Under the pieces are notes generated by a model. That model saw only the letters and a list, made by a program, of their open reading frames with translations. It was not told the DNA's origin and ran no database searches. DNA of 62,126 bases, counting the filler, from Platydemus manokwari (lineage: Eukaryota), in assembly GCA_037951405.1 (NCBI GenBank). It is 5 parts of 5 records of this genome, joined end to end, with 100 filler letters (N's around TTAATTAATTAA, not from the genome) between each part and the next. Parts side by side here need not be neighbours in the genome. Positions count along the whole stretch, not along the records: positions 9,589 to 21,714 come from JBBMOY010295558.1; positions 21,815 to 30,719 come from JBBMOY011332094.1; 3 more parts are not named here. One strand, 5' to 3'. The stretch's first letter is position 1. Every line of letters begins with the position of its first letter. The position numbers were made by a program, and so were the translations under genes. Below are positions 10,005-26,075 of this stretch, one piece after another.

Positions 10005-13000
10005 TATACTACAGTCAATTACAAGATAAACGGTTGAAATTTGGAGCAAAACTCGTTATGCATCTCATTATCCCAATATTAATTTTCACTTTTGTTGTCA
10101 TTCTTTAAATAAACTTCAAGGCCACTGGGATTTTAAAAATATCACGATAACAAATAATCGTAATATTTCTAAATAGTTTTATTTTTGGAATACAAATATC
10201 CAAAACTGATTAATGTTTCCAAAATTTACCGAAATAACTTAATATTTTCAAAATAATTATTCGATCAGTGATAATATTAAATATCCAGTATCTTGTTCTA
10301 ACCAAATCAACTCTTAGGCAGAATAATTTTTCCCGATTTTTGTTCAAATATATTTGGCAATTCCTCATTACAATTTGAAAGATAGAATAAAAATCTTTTC
10401 CAATCAATCAGTTAAACTATCATTAAATTAAATTTCTTTGAAAGCTTCTGAGATCAATTAACGTCACAATGAAATAGAAATAATTGGAATTCGAACACTG
10501 ATATTACCGTTCGAAAAATGCTAATTATATTAGTAGGGAAATTTCTTGTAGTAATATTTTCTGTTGTTCAATCTTTTACTGTTATTTCAATTTTCTAAAT
10601 CAATGTGGCATTTTTAGATGAATTGCAAAATTTATTTTCGCCGTCACAATGTTGGAATTTCGGTTGATTGTCATTAAATAGTTAATGTTTATTGAATTAA
10701 CTATTAACGAATGAAAGTTAAATGTACTCGGCTAATATATTTAAACACCGTATTTTATTTTATGATGAATGTATTAATAATAACGAAGTATTAACAATTT
10801 GATTTAATTTTAAAATAAAACTAGTTGGCTTTAGTGTTCGTTAAATTTGTTAGTTAGAATATTTATAATTGTAAATAATCTTAAATTTTATCAAATGATA
10901 CTTTTATAACTGAATTAAATAAACAATTAAATTCATGTTAAACACACACACATGAATTCATAAGATAAACTGAAATACTTTTTACATTTGGTGATTTTTT
11001 AATTGATATTGCTTTTTATTTGAGCATTGTCTTTAAATTATTATAATATAAAATATTACCATTACAAAGTTTAAAATTTGATAATAAGAATTGAATATTC
11101 TTATCTGATTCCCTTATGCTAATATGATTACTCAATAAGAGAGTACTTCAAGTGAGTACTTCTTTAGATATATTACAAATCTATCTACACAACGGAAAAA
11201 TAAGTTAAAAATCTATAACCCAGATAGAGCTAAATTCTAGAATAATAATGTTCTAAAAGCACACATTCTTATTCTGACTATTCCTATGGTTACTCCCTAA
11301 TAGGTGAGGAACCTTCATCTACCGTACGCATTTTCAAATACAAATTAATATTACTTTATTCACTACATATTTACTGATAGACTTAAAAAACAAATATATA
11401 CCATTCTTACTTGTTTAAGTTCATTTTTGAATTAGTAAAACATTGGTTGCACTTGGCAATATTGAGGCTTTAGATAGTTCTTTTGTGACTTTTAAGTCTT
11501 TTCAAACCTAATGTAAGTACTTCAGTAAAATAGAAAATTGCATAAGACATACTAAGATGAAATTAAAATTCAATTCAAATAAATGCTCGTTACAGATATT
11601 AAAATGAATGAAATAAGCTTGGGGGCAAATTCCCTAAATGAGAGAATCATCGAATAATTTATTTGAGTTATTATCTGGAAATAATCAGTGACCAGGATCA
11701 TCAGGTTGGAATTGTAAATGATTCAACATTAGATGATTTGTAGTTTTCAAATGAATGCATACTATTACGTAACAATTTATGTTAACATTAAGTCAGTATT
11801 CTATTGATTTTAATTAAAAACAAAAAGTCGGACAAAAACTGTTCTACACACAAAACATAGTTTAGATATGAATTAGCACGCACATTGACTTTGCTAAGAT
11901 GAATTAAAATGAAATCTTGATTGTAAGTTAAATTAAGGAAGTTTCTGATTTCTTTTCTGGATAAATTAACTTGACTGCTACTTCAGATATTTTTATGTCA
12001 CGTGATTTTTTTTGGAATGCTGTTTATTTTATCTTTAGCAACTCTTAAGTGATTTGTTATGCACATTTTTGTCTTTTGTTTTTCGACCATATATAGGTTT
12101 GGTTTGTTAAGAATTTCTATTTTATGGTCAATTCCTTTGTCCTGATTCACTAAATGGAGGGCCATCCATTTGTTTTCAACCTTCAGAAAATCATCTTTAA
12201 TTGGAGCTAAATTTTCAGGAGCTAGTTTTTCTTTCTAGCAATCTACAAATGCTTATCAAAAACCTCTTTATAGGATTCATAATAAATGAATTGAAAATAT
12301 TTCATTTCAAAATGAATTTTATAAAGCGAAATAAAAATTCTAGAAATGTCAGATATAATATAAAATATTGATTAGAAATTTCTGCTTTAAAATATAATTT
12401 TCTAAAATTTTTCATTTTCGTTTTGTCAAAATAAAATGTCACATAATATGTTTAACTTGATTCTCACTTGACTCGGTAGCTTTTGTTTGTAAAATATTTA
12501 CTCAACAGTATGTTTTGCTGTAGGAAGACGTTTTGTATTAGGAAAAAAATAAAATTCATCTGTTTGTCGTTGGAATATTTTTCTGTAGTGATCAATAAAT
12601 CTCTAAATAAGGTAAAAAAAAGCATCTGAAAATTATAAAAAGAATTTGCCAAAATCTTTGAAACGTTTAATTTGGATCTTGGGAAGTTTAATAATTTGTT
12701 AAATGGAATTGGCATTGTTGATCAATTCTCAGTTTGGCAAAAGTAAATTATAAAATAATCAAATCGAATAGATTATGTTACAACAATCCAAGGTTAATTT
12801 CATTGATCTGGTGTGTATTATTTTTTCTATCTCACTGCTGACGCATATCTATGTTTCATCATAATTCTATACGTTTAAATAAAGGTCATAATGTCTATTT
12901 TTACCAACCGTTTATGAATCATTTCTTATCGTTGAAGTTTTAGAATTTTTTTCAACATTAGGTATATTTTATTTTTTAATTAAATTTTTGGACTAATAAA

Positions 13001-16000
13001 ACGCGTTGGAGTGTCTTCCATTTGTCGTTATGGTCTTGGACAGAGTTATTGAAAAATCAGAGTGAAATTATATTCCATTACAAATCATCAGGAGAAAAAA
13101 CAAATTTGATGCTTAAATTTTTCTACCAACAAAACAAAAATTATGAATCAAATAATGCTCCAGATTATCAGAAATCTTTCCTCTTAAACCAATGAAAATG
13201 GTGAAAACTTTGTTCAATTTACTGCGAAAATTGCACTAATATTTTCAGAATTAATCATTGAAGGCCAATAAATTCAAATTATTGGGTTCAAATTATTTAA
13301 AAATTCTGATAATTATCAGCAATAAAACCAGAATTTATGCAATCAAACACGTTTCAGTAAGCATAGATAACATTCTACAAATGAAGGGGGTCTCAATAAT
13401 AAGAGTTAATAAGCTTGATAAATCGTGGTAATTTCATGAATTGGCACGATTTCTTTCATCGTTAACAGAGACAAAATAAAGGCGTTGTTTAACGATTGTA
13501 TTTGCTTTAAAGAATTTGTATTTGATGAACTACCAATATCACATCATATAATAAAAATTTCTGATGAATTTAGTGAAATCAATGGCGGGAACTACGGAAT
13601 TGATTTTCCAAAACATTTATAGAGCAACTAAGATTAGATCAGATGGCAAAGATACATTGCTTGCTACTCCTCAATCCAATACAATGTCGAAAATGAAATG
13701 GAAAATTTTAAATTTTTATAAAAAGTTTAAAAAAATACAAAAATAATCCTGTTAAGCATTGTCATTTATATTAGATTATTTGTAACATGCTTTTAAAATC
13801 AGGGAAAATTTAATTTTTGTTTGTAACGGTCGTTTGAAATAATTTTTATATAATCTAATGTTAGTGATTGTAACTGTCATGTTTACTTTCCTTATGGAAG
13901 AATAACGCTACTATGGAGATTATCGGCCAAATCAATGGGCTTATTCCCAGAAGACTTTCGTCTTTATTTATATGGCAACTGAATTCATAAATTGCCTTGT
14001 CTGTTTGTTTGGTTTTTTCAAGCAATTACTTGTTATGGATGGATAATTGGTGTAAAAGATTTTATTTATTTTTTTTGAAAAATAACTGTAACATGAAAAC
14101 TCTCCAATGAATAAGGTTTATCGAGTTAATTTGATTTCCACTTGTTTCGACCAAGGCCATTTTGATTTCTTGTTTATTATTGGAGTTAAAATTCCAATAG
14201 TTTCCATTTATATTATATCGCAAAGGAAACTTCTTAATTTAGCTTTTTCTCTACTATTGATTTGTCCATATCAATCAATATTCAAATCAATCAATATTCA
14301 AGGACTATTTGGATTTATTCTTATTCTGGTGGTTTTTCAGATTTAAAGTTTACTTAAAAATTTTTTATTTGCTCTTAGAGAACCATTTGATTTTACTTTG
14401 TGGTTTAATTAAAAATATCCTTAATCAAACATTTAAAAAAATAGAATAATTATCTTTGTTTATACGAGTTATCTATCACATTATTTATTTAAGAATTACT
14501 CGGGTAATAATAATCTCAAACATCACAACTGTTCGAAGTTAAAAATTGAATAATTAACCATTATCTACACCACAATTCCACCATGGTAAAATATTCAGTG
14601 CGTGTGTTATCGAACTATTTTAATTTTATTATCAGCGGTTTTATTATCCAGTCTATTGGGAATCAATACAGCCTACAGGTAGATTGTGATACTTGCATTG
14701 TCAAACCATATTATTAATATAATGTGAGAATTGATGACTATGGCAAAAAAATAATTCATTTTTTATGTTCGTATATTTTTATGCTGGGTTGAATTTTATC
14801 TAATAAAAAATTCATTTTTCCGATACATAATAATAGATCGATATTAATTATAAAAAGTCTAATACCGGATATATCAGTCTATTTAATGTTAATCCCAGTT
14901 TGAAGATTTGATGTAGCAAAAAATATTTTAACAATTGACTGTGGTTGGAAATTTTCTTGTTAAAAATCATTCGTTATAAGCAAGATAAAACGTTCGTTAA
15001 CAAAATCAACTAACATACAATATGATAAATTCAATGTTTGACGAGAATGTGTAATTAGTTAAGGTGATTTATTATGTAAATAAAATACAAAATAAAATAC
15101 AAAAATAATTTTAAAAAACTTGGAAAAAATTTTAAAAATTAAGAGAAATTAAAAAATATTGAAAAAATTATGTAAAAATCATATTTATTAAAACAAAACA
15201 TCTCGTTGTCATTAAAAACCACGGAATCCCAAAAAAACAGGGGGAAATCGTTTATAAGCAGACGTCATAAATGTTTCATTTCCGTTTCCATTTATTATTT
15301 GTAAAATCTTTTTTTTTAAATTTCATTTCAAATTATTTTTTTTCCTGTTATTGTTACAAATCAATACAAATATTTCAATAATCGAAAAATCGATAAAATT
15401 AGGGTTGAAAGCAATTTAGAATCGTTTTTCTTGAACAGAAAAAAAAACTTTTCATTAATTTTTATTCATGTTTGGGATATGTTGGATTAATTTTCCCGTG
15501 GATATCCAATTAGTTTAAGCAATGTTCATTCTTGCTCGTTGTGGTTGGGATTTAATGCGACCATTGGGACGTCATCAATGAAATGAAAAGAAAATTTGAA
15601 TATAAATGGAAAGGAAACTGTTTCCGTATTGAATTGAACGATGTGACAATGAGAAACATATGTGTATTTGTCGATGTTTAATAGAAAATATAGTTTGCAG
15701 CGAATATTTGTCAAAAAAATAACTTTGCTTATATTTTAAGGTTCAATGAAAATGCACTGAAAATATTGTGGTTTTCGTGTTGTAAGGGATGATATGAAAT
15801 TGTTTGGGAAATAACATTATGACGAGACGGAACATTGTTTTAGATTTCGTACAATGTATAATTTTTGAAATATTGAAAATCATGAAAAGAAAAACTGAAT
15901 GTTTAGACTGACTTTATTTGCTTTGGTGTTTTTTGAAAAATCGTTTTCGAATAATTATTGTTTTGCAATTCTATTAGAATTTTTAATAATAAAGATAATG

Positions 16001-18489
16001 GCGAACAACGGATATTGGATATTCTTTGATTTTGAAAACTTTGAAATAAATGCTATCGTTAATTAACTTTTATTTGAATTAACTCGTACGATAAATTATA
16101 TATAATCAAGTTAAAATTATAAATAAAAATATATTAAATTAATTAAGTAATAAAATTAAAATTAAAAAAAAATTCATAATCTGATCAACCCAATCATAAG
16201 AAATGAATACAATGTAGATTGTTTGATGATTTTAAAGTTGTGATATTTAATTCTTAAATAATAAAGTAAAATAAAATATAAATATATTGAAGTAAATGAC
16301 AAGTTGTTTGAATACTTGTTTAGATATACTTTTCAGGTTGAGTTTCTAATTTCACTTTCAAAATGAATTTAATAAAATAATGACCACACATTTGAATTTG
16401 ATTATGAGAATATCAATACCAAAACAGTATTGAGCAGTGTTCTTCAAAAAGGAAGGACCGGAGAAATTTCATTTTCGACATTGGTTTATATAAAAACAAA
16501 ATATCATTCGAATTCTAAAGGTCAGGAAAGTACTGGGACCAGCCATCACCGAAATAGAGCCAAGATTTGATGTTTTGTGCCCAGAATATGCTAGATTATT
16601 GTTATTATTAAATACATTTTATTTTTTTGGCGTTAAAAAGTTTTTTTTTGTTAAGTTTTTTTTTCACACAAACGGCGTGGGGACCACTGGTATAGAGGTT
16701 AATGATTATGAAGAATATAACGATTTCATAGCAGACAGTGAAGATAGAAGATATAAAAATATTTTTACTAATATTATATCTAACACTAAAGATATATGAG
16801 TGAATATAGGATCAAATACGAAAATATTCTCCATAATGAAATTTTTTAATTTTTACCGAATAAAAGATATCGCGATCAATTTATGACTAAATAAATGAAC
16901 GCAGTAAATAAATGAATTCGGTGAATACAATCAAGTATATCTGATATCAAATTTCATCAAAATATCAAAGATTTGAGACATACAAAGTCAATAAAAAACC
17001 TCAGAAAATCTACCGCTGATGCTGCTTAACGACCGAACATCAGCTAAGTATAAGAGAGATAAAGGCATGGAATATAAAGAGAGCCATTTTACATTAGTTG
17101 ATTTTAGATGAATCAATTCAGCTTTATCTTAGAATCAACCTGTTTGAAATAAAATTATAAATATTTATTTGACTGATGGCATGATGATCATGAATTTGAT
17201 TCTAACAAACTATGTTTTGTGCTTCAAGTTCTGTAAACCGATTTGACTCTGAAAGTTGGTCTGGATTATTTAGTCAAATAAGGAAAATAATCGTAGATTT
17301 TCTCTGTTCCGAATGACACTGAGTTTGGAATTACAAAGGAAGATTTCCTAATTTGATTTTTCGATCAAAATAACTAGGAGTGAATTTTGATTTCTATAAT
17401 TAAGTTCTCACAATCGGTAAAACTTGTTACACATGTTATATTCCAAAATGACCCTAAACAGTCTTGTTATATAATCTGCCTGTTTTTGTCTGCGGTTTCT
17501 TTGCGTCCTGCTGTCTTGAGAAGAAAAAGCATCCTCTTATTTGCTGCTGAGCAGCTTTGTTATTTGATTCGGTTAGCTTTTTGCATCAATCATAGACAAA
17601 GTATTTCTTTATGTCATTAGTGGCTTTACGATGACTCACGGCCTTGTGTTGGTCCAAGTTTCAATTAAGTAGTGAAAATAAAGCCAAATTAAAAAAACTC
17701 TAATGTTTTTTAAAATTGTCTAACTTTTTTAAATCGTCATTTATATTTGATTTGGTGATGACAGCTCTACATATTTAATGAAATGGCAGCTAACGGGTTA
17801 GTTGTAAAAATGAGAGAGAAAATGCCATACCAAAACATACTGTGTTCCGGTATTATAACGAATAAATAGAATTCTTGATAAATCACAAATCTATATTTTA
17901 AAAACGAATCTGCATTTTCAAAATCACTTTTTCAAATTATACAGTCTCGTATTGCTGAGTACGTTTTTCGTCATTGAAAATTTTCAGCTTCGACTTTCTT
18001 TAATGTTGGTAGTTCAAAAGTGAGGAAGTATTTTTCAATTAATATTGATTTTTGAGACATGTTTCTCATTAGAGTTGACAAGATCAAGAAATTAAAGTAA
18101 AAAGCTATTAAAATAATCAAGCTAGAGTTTACATCTTACTCGACGGATGACTTGTCAATGTTTCTTTATTTTTTTCAAACAGAAATTAGTCTAGCCTTTT
18201 GCAGAGAGTATGAATTAAATCGTTGATGTCCCAGTAACATTGGAGATTCTAAATTTAAATGCTCAATATCGAATAATTGAGTATACGATTATAGTTGTTT
18301 ATAAAATATTTTTATCTATGTTTTTCTAAAATCAACTTTATTGTTCTCGGTTATTGACTTTACAACAGCACATTATGAAGGATAAATAATTTTTAATATT
18401 TGAGAGAATATTGAAGACCTCGATTTTTATACAAAATAGTGTTCTCTCACATTTTATTTTCTTTCTCTATGAATGATTGAATAGATGTT

Positions 18490-18610
18490 TTCTTAGAAGG
18501 TGGATGAGACTTTGTGGTCTCCAGGTGAATGGTCAGTCAAAAGTCTTGACTTAACACCTTTGTGACTTCTCTAGGGAGAGATTGGTCAAGGTAAAAAACT
18601 AGTCTATAAA
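18490..18610 (+). mobile_element. Highly decayed Tc1/mariner-superfamily transposase fragment
   Basis: Translates to EWSVKSLDLTPL*LL*G, resembling WPPRSPDLTPLDFFLWG. Confidence 0.45.
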
Positions 18611-20117
18611 ATCAACGAATTCAGAGGACATTTTGCACAATTACAAGAGTTTTGATAAAGAAAGAAGCAGCACGAAACTAGACGGCAATACTTACAATTT
18701 AAAGCATTACTTGCATTTGGTTTCAAGATTTTATCCATTTTTTTTCTGATAGCCTGTTTATCTGATGGCTATTGATGAGTAGATTGACTGGTAATGATAT
18801 TACTTAATAGATTACTACTTCAGTTTTCCCGAATTAATTGATTCTATCCAAATGGTTTGAGAATTTTAAGATTTCAGAGTTTATTACAGGTATCATTGTT
18901 GTGAAAGTGACGAAATGAATAACTTGAAAATTAAATTATAAAACAAGTATTTTAAATCATAACAAAAATTCATCGAAAATGGAATAATTTTGATTTATTG
19001 AAGCTTATTAAAAAAAATAACGTTCGTAAAATATCAAACTGTGAATTATCTAACTAGGAAATGTTCTGTTATCTCACCTTTACAGATGTTCTAATAAAGA
19101 AAAATGTAAACATTGATTATCCTTTAAAAAATCTTGAAATTATTTTCTTTGTTTTAATAGTGAGTATATCTTGAATTCTTTTTAACAAAATAATACAACT
19201 AGGAAATTTATTTATTAATTCTACAATGGGTTGTTGACAAAACAATTCACAAATTTAAACAACTGTAAAGTTATTGAAGATATTTCCTTTAATTATTAAT
19301 TACTAACCTAATGTAGATTAAAACAATGCGAATGTTTTTTCTAAATCCTTATTTAGCGAATGAAAAACAACTTTCACTGACAATGATATAATTAAGTGTT
19401 ATGGGGGAAAGGTAAGTGAAGTATTTATATCGTAATGATTTATGTGCTACTTTCTAAGAGCAATTCTAATAACGTTATTTTCTAAAAAAAAAGCAAGCAA
19501 AGCGGTCATAATTTGGCAAATAGATTAGAAAAAAAATAAAGAGTAAAAGCCAAATCCAAGTCACGAGTTAGTTTTTTTGGAATTGCCATAAATATGACAT
19601 CTGTTCTATTAAAAGATAATAGTTTGAAATCATTCTCCTGACAATGTTTTACAATGTCTTATCAACTTTCTCCAGTATCGATATAAATCAGGTTTTGATG
19701 TATTGGCATGCATCTGCAAAAAGCTCACAACATTCGTAGTTTTCTCATCATCACATTAATGAAAAAATAGAATCGACTGTTAAAATGATAATTGTTATTT
19801 ATTGTTCTTTTTTTATTGTTCTTTTATAAGATTAATTAATTCATGAAACAGATATCAGTGGCGCATCGATATATGTTGCAAAAAATATAAAATTACTTGT
19901 TAATATCATTATTTAACCATTGTGGGGTTTATTTTAAAAGAAACAAAATGAACTTAAATAATTAAAAATTATATGATATCAAAATTATTTAAAAATTATG
20001 TTTAAACTAAATAGACGTCATTAATATTCATGAAAGCCAAGCATCTTGATAAACAATCCTGTTAAACTCTCATCTTAAAAATTATTAAAATAAAATTGAT
20101 ATTTTTCTTAAAAACAG

Positions 20118-20871
20118 AATCAATTGAAGAATCCCCCCCTTTATTAAGCAATTGAAGCATTCCTTTCCCAAACATTAATCAATTGAAGAATCTCCACCCC
20201 AAAATTGATAAAAAAAATAAACCAAATATTAAAACAAAATAAGTAAAATATTAATCCAATTTATTTATTGAGAATATTGCAAACCAATGTGTTGGCATTG
20301 ATTTGCAAATCCATTTACACCGAATCAGTCTCTCCACATAAGTTCTGATATTTACGAGTGTAAAAATTCTCTTCGACACCCACGCATATTCTTTATTTGA
20401 GCCTTGCGCTTGTTCCAGTAAGACTTAACATGTTGTGCTTGAATTCCGTTTATTGAATTAACGAAGTTCACAGAACGATTAACTGTTCTGTGAGTCAATA
20501 CAAGACCTTGCAAATTCCTGTATGATCTCCATTCGATGATAGACCCAGGTCGTACAACTGCTTTAATAATGGCCGAAAATGTGTTGGCATTTCTTTTATC
20601 CACTATTTATGTATAACCCATTGCGGGTCTCACACTAATATCAACTATAGACCAAAACCCACAAAATCTAGGTAGGAATTCGTACACAATGATACTTTTA
20701 CTTGTGGGAAAAGCAAGATCTCCAGATCCGTCTAAAAAAATGGGATTGGATTTGAAATAATTCGTACACACCTCAGGAAAAAACTTGTAACAATCCACCA
20801 TTTTTTCTGACATGTTCAACAATCGAAGAATTTCCCTCTAAACATGACTGGGGGAGATTCTTCAATTGATC
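20118..20871 (-). mobile_element. Merlin (IS1595/IS1016-like) DNA transposon remnant
   Basis: TIRs ATCAATTGAAGAATC(C/T)CCCC at both ends plus a subterminal copy at about 20178. ORF 20352-20603 (IIKAVVRPGSII..W.SY..L..THRTVN.SVNFV..G.Q.QHVKSYW) is typical of Merlin transposases. Confidence 0.85.
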
Positions 20872-21814
20872 TAAAAAATATGTAATATAAAAGGTGGGTA
20901 TTTTATATTTTGATAAAAATGAAGACAAATCTGATGAAAAATTTTATTTTTGCAATTTTAAAACTGGGTTTTAGAATTCAAAAGTTGTTTGGAAATTGAT
21001 GTGATAAAATAATATATTATTATTCTTTGAAAAAATGACTTCTAATTTAAATCTCGAAGATGTAGAAATTTTGGATATTAACAACCATGATCATATTATA
21101 ATTAAAGATAGCTTAAGTTAAGAAAATGGTTCTTTGACCCAATTTTAAAGTAATGACTTCGTGAGCTATTTGATAATAAAATTTATTTGTAATAATATTT
21201 TATTGAAATTTTTCCGTAAAATTCAATTTTAGATTTAAAACCAAAAATCAACTGTAAGAATCAAAAACAATGTATTCGATGCCCGCTACTGAATTTGGCA
21301 CTTTAAACACATTTCTCGGCAATTTCTACGATTACATTTAGATCTTCAATGATATTTCTACGCCGAAATATTTCTTCATTGGTGAGAAATCTATAAATTT
21401 CGTTGTATCTCAATAAATAATTTTTAATTGATGGTTTTATTTTAATAAAAATTGTCAATATTTGTTGATGGTTAGTTTACTAATGGATTTGTAAATATAA
21501 TCTATTTTTAAATATAATTTTTTTGTGTGAGCCCCGTTCACCAAAAATACTTTATTCAGAATGTCAAAAAAGGACAAGCCTGAATTGTTGAACCAAGTTC
21601 CTATTTGAATTTCGAAACTTATATATTTGTGGCATCGTCACCTGTACGATTTATTTGATTTGGATCAAATCTTCATTTCATTACAACATCGACAGGTTTC
21701 GGATCTATGTATCCNNNNNNNNNNNNNNNNNNNNNNNNNNNNNNNNNNNNNNNNNNNNTTAATTAATTAANNNNNNNNNNNNNNNNNNNNNNNNNNNNNN
21801 NNNNNNNNNNNNNN

Positions 21815-21832
21815 TTATTATTATTATTATTA

Positions 21833-21890
<58 letters not shown>
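21815..21890. repeat. (TTA)n microsatellite at a gap edge
   Basis: About 25 near-perfect TTA units. Confidence 0.95.
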
Positions 21891-24800
21891 CTGTGCTTGA
21901 AAAATTCAATTTTAAATGTCAGATATACAAAACAAAAGCAATATAGTTCAATGTCTCCAAAAAATCAATTAAAGTTTTGTTTCTTAAGAGATCAATACAT
22001 ATTTCTTGGGCATTTTTCTAACATATGATCAACTGTTGTATATTTGATTGTCTCTGATTTTCATTATAAATAATTATAGATATTGTGCAGATTATAAACA
22101 CACTTGATCATTCTCACAAATGTCATTTAAATTTAAGTCTTGTAGATTTTATGCCTCATTTATAGCCTTTAATTTCTCCGAGTTATCTCTCGATTATAAC
22201 AAATATTTTATAAATTCAAAAACGAATTCGATTAACGCGATGAAAAATAGTGATTAGCGCTGGGCGATAATCAATATTGCAAGATCAATTCAGCGTTATT
22301 GATTTAGTTATTGATTTTTTCAAAAAGACAAATTCATAAACTTGTATATGGATGATATATGGATATGGAAGTTGATAGTGATAAAAAACGCAACGACTTA
22401 TCTTAAGAAAAAATATTCTTTTTTAAATAAATATATTCATCTTTTAATTAAAACAAAATTGGATCTTTTCCATAAAATTTAAAATTCATTCAATATGGGG
22501 AATATTAATAAATTAATTATTTCAAATACAATATTTTGTTATAATCAAGTCAATTGGACTCTATCGATTTCATGATGTTGTAATAAAAACATTGTTTAAA
22601 AGAAGTGAATTAATTTGATTCCTTTAAAAAAATATTTGAAACTAAATTACGAGACTAACTGGGAGGAATGTTTGAGGCACCAAGATATATGTTCCGAATT
22701 GTAGAGGCTATGCTGATACAAAACTAAAATCCAATTTCAACAGACGTCCACTTCTCAATCATAAATGAATAGTGAAGTTGATTGAATTGGCCGAATTATG
22801 AAATGGATCACTTCTAGGAATTAACAATGATTCGATCATCCTCTCCATACTAATCCTTTCCAATATGTATTATGTCAGATTATTATGGAAAATGAGAGAC
22901 AAAATAATATACACATAAGGTTTTCAGGGTGGTATCTAACAAAAAAGCCAAACACTTTTTCCCATAGTATTTGTAAATGGTTTTTTTTATCTTTAAATTA
23001 TCATTATCAAACTTTCCCCTATTTTTTATAGTTTTGCATGTCTTATTGGATTTGTTTGAAAAATGTGGTGATAAAAATCATCATTTGATAACCGATATGA
23101 GGTAGGAACAATTATATGCTTTATTAAATAATATATTTCCCCAACTAATTAAATCTATTAAGTAAAACAATTTCATTATCTATCTCAGGCTTTATAAAAT
23201 ATTAAGATGGCATATGAGATAAAATATTGAGAAAATATTATGGTTTCAAAATGCCATTCAAGAATTCTAAATATTATAATATATATTATGTTCTTGACTT
23301 TACTCTATTCACTGATTTCAATGGTTAAGTTTCAAGTATCTAGGTGAAATTATGTATTAATCATATTAAATTGACAAGAAATTAATGTTTAAAAGATATT
23401 CATTTGTTAGTGACTGTCATAAATCATTATCTGATAATCGTTACACAAATACCTCAGGACAAATTTCCCACCCTTCGACTCCACGATTTCTTAAATCATA
23501 TAAAATCAAATGTCTTGATAAGCAAGCAACGTTTTCCCAAGTTATTATCGATGTATATTTATCGATCTGCATTTCAATTCATCAATTTAATATTGATTTG
23601 GTGATTATATGAATAATTTCCCATCTACAACAAAATATTCATGAATAAAAAGTCTAGAAAATGATATATATTAGCCAAACAAATTAATATAATTTCCAGC
23701 TAAATAATGTGACTGACTTATTGAGAAAAATGGAAAGATTCCTGAATATCGATTATCATACGAATCTGAAAAACTATTGAACCACTGTCAATGTGTCAGA
23801 GATAAAATTGCTGAATATGCTATTTAGTTATTCAAATTAGTCTTTTCGTTAGATTAAAAGGTTTTGTCAAATATTTTATTGTTTTTTTTCTGTTGATAAT
23901 TTTCTTTCTTTATTAAAATAATCGAAAGTGAAAGTTTTAAATTTTTTGAGTTTTTATTGAAAACCCAGTGTTGAAGTTGTTCGAAATGCTGATATGAAAC
24001 TAAAATACAATAACAACAGATTGTCCGAGCTAAGTGATGAGTGATAATAAATGTGAACGAAATCACCAATAAAATTGGGTTGAAATCTGCTAATGAGCAA
24101 ATTATGAGATGATTAATTTGAGATATTGATTAATAGGACTATGAAATTGATCTATTGATAGATTGCTTGTAGGAATTTGCAAAGTTTAAATCATTAAACA
24201 ATCTCGACCCTTTCACTTCTCCAATATGAACCTTATTCGAAGCGAGAAACAATATAGTCAGCATTTAAGCACATTCAAGCACATTTTCCCATTTATGAAA
24301 ACCCATTAAAAATTGAACAAAAGATATAAATAAAGAATGACATCAAGTTTGGAAAGCAATCAGATCTATTTATGTCACTGTTTCCAAGAGAGATAACATT
24401 TAAGTGAAAAGAACTGTTCTGACGTTCTGAAACCCCAAGAGAAAAGAAATGGTAAAGAGGATTTATCATTAACAAACAATCAAATATAATATTTGAAAGT
24501 TATTCGTGAGATAGAGATTCGAAAAGATAGTGTTGAATGAAATTTGTAAATGGTACGTAATGATAATTGGTTACCAATATATTTCTCAAATATTTATAAT
24601 AATAATAAGGTCAGTTTTGTAACCCTGTGTAGATTAAAGTAAATTACTCTATCAAACGAAAATAATACCTTAATACAAAATACAATATATCTCTTAAATA
24701 ATTGACATTAGGTTGAATATATTTTTTATTTATTTCATTAAAAGCATATCACTGCATCATTAAATAAGCTACTATTCATCTTCTTGACTTGTTATCGTCA

Positions 24801-26075
24801 TTTGTCGATTTTAAAATTTCATATTTCGAAACAATCCTGTTAGTAATACGAAATCGAATGAGTATGCTATTTACTCTAACTTCAATCTCCTTCATTATCA
24901 AAAAGATTTAAGTGTAGGATTTAAAATTTTCAGTCGAATCTATATTTTGTAAGGATCTTCGCAATAAAACTCGGAAATGAGTTTGAAATCAGTTCATTGT
25001 TTTCTCGAGTTCACGACAATCAGTTAAGTCGAATCAACAAATATAATTAAAATTCAATATTCGTCCATTTAGGTTTTGGTATCGGAGTAAGAATTGTTTA
25101 CCAACGACACATGTTTATTAATTAGTTTACTAGTTCGTGAGAAAAGTAATTCATTGGGACAAATCGAAAAAATTCGTGCGGTTGACTAAAAATCCTATCG
25201 GTAACCTATAACGTACTTCAAAACTCTTCATTCAAATTATCGAGTCAATTTAATAAGATAATTTTATTTTAATAATATATATATATATAATCGGTTGAAG
25301 TAAAAAGTAAGTCGGGAATATTTTAAAATATATTTCTTTCATCAACGCTTCCTAAATCTATAATATTAATATGAACGCGTTTTAAAAGCATATTTTCAAT
25401 AATTTCTACTTAATTATCTTCAGCTGATATTTCTTGTTGTAAACAACAACTCATTGTCAATGTTTGCAAATAAATATTGAGTATTGAATACTGTAACGAT
25501 TGTTGTGCTACACAGATATACAATATATCAATTGAGAGATAGAAATGTAGCTATCAAAAGAACTAATTAAAACAAGCGCCTCGTTATCAATTGTTTAATG
25601 TGGCTTAAGTGATCTTTCTAGCAGATATAACCTGTCGGGAAATTTTTTATCAAGGTTTATCATATGAAAATCAACCTTGCTGTCAGTTATCATTTTATTG
25701 ATTTTCTACTGCTTTTTGGGTTTTATTAATTTTATTCGATTGCAAAGTAATATTCCAATCATTATTTCATGAAATATTGTCAATCAATCTTTGTTGTTTT
25801 TGTCGTTATCGAATGTACCGAAATGAATAATATGTTATTTAAATTAATAATAGGTTTTTAATTATTTTTTATTTTTAATAATCAATATTTTAGCGTTTTT
25901 TCTGAATCGGTTTTTAATTTTATGCAGCCAACAATGACATTTATTTTTCTTCTGACATTTATCTTGAATTCAATTGGATAAATAAATTAATACATTAGAA
26001 AAAGGAATTTCTTAAAATAACTTTTAAAAATTATTTAATTTATTCTTTATTGATACTTAATTACTGTAAGCCTGT

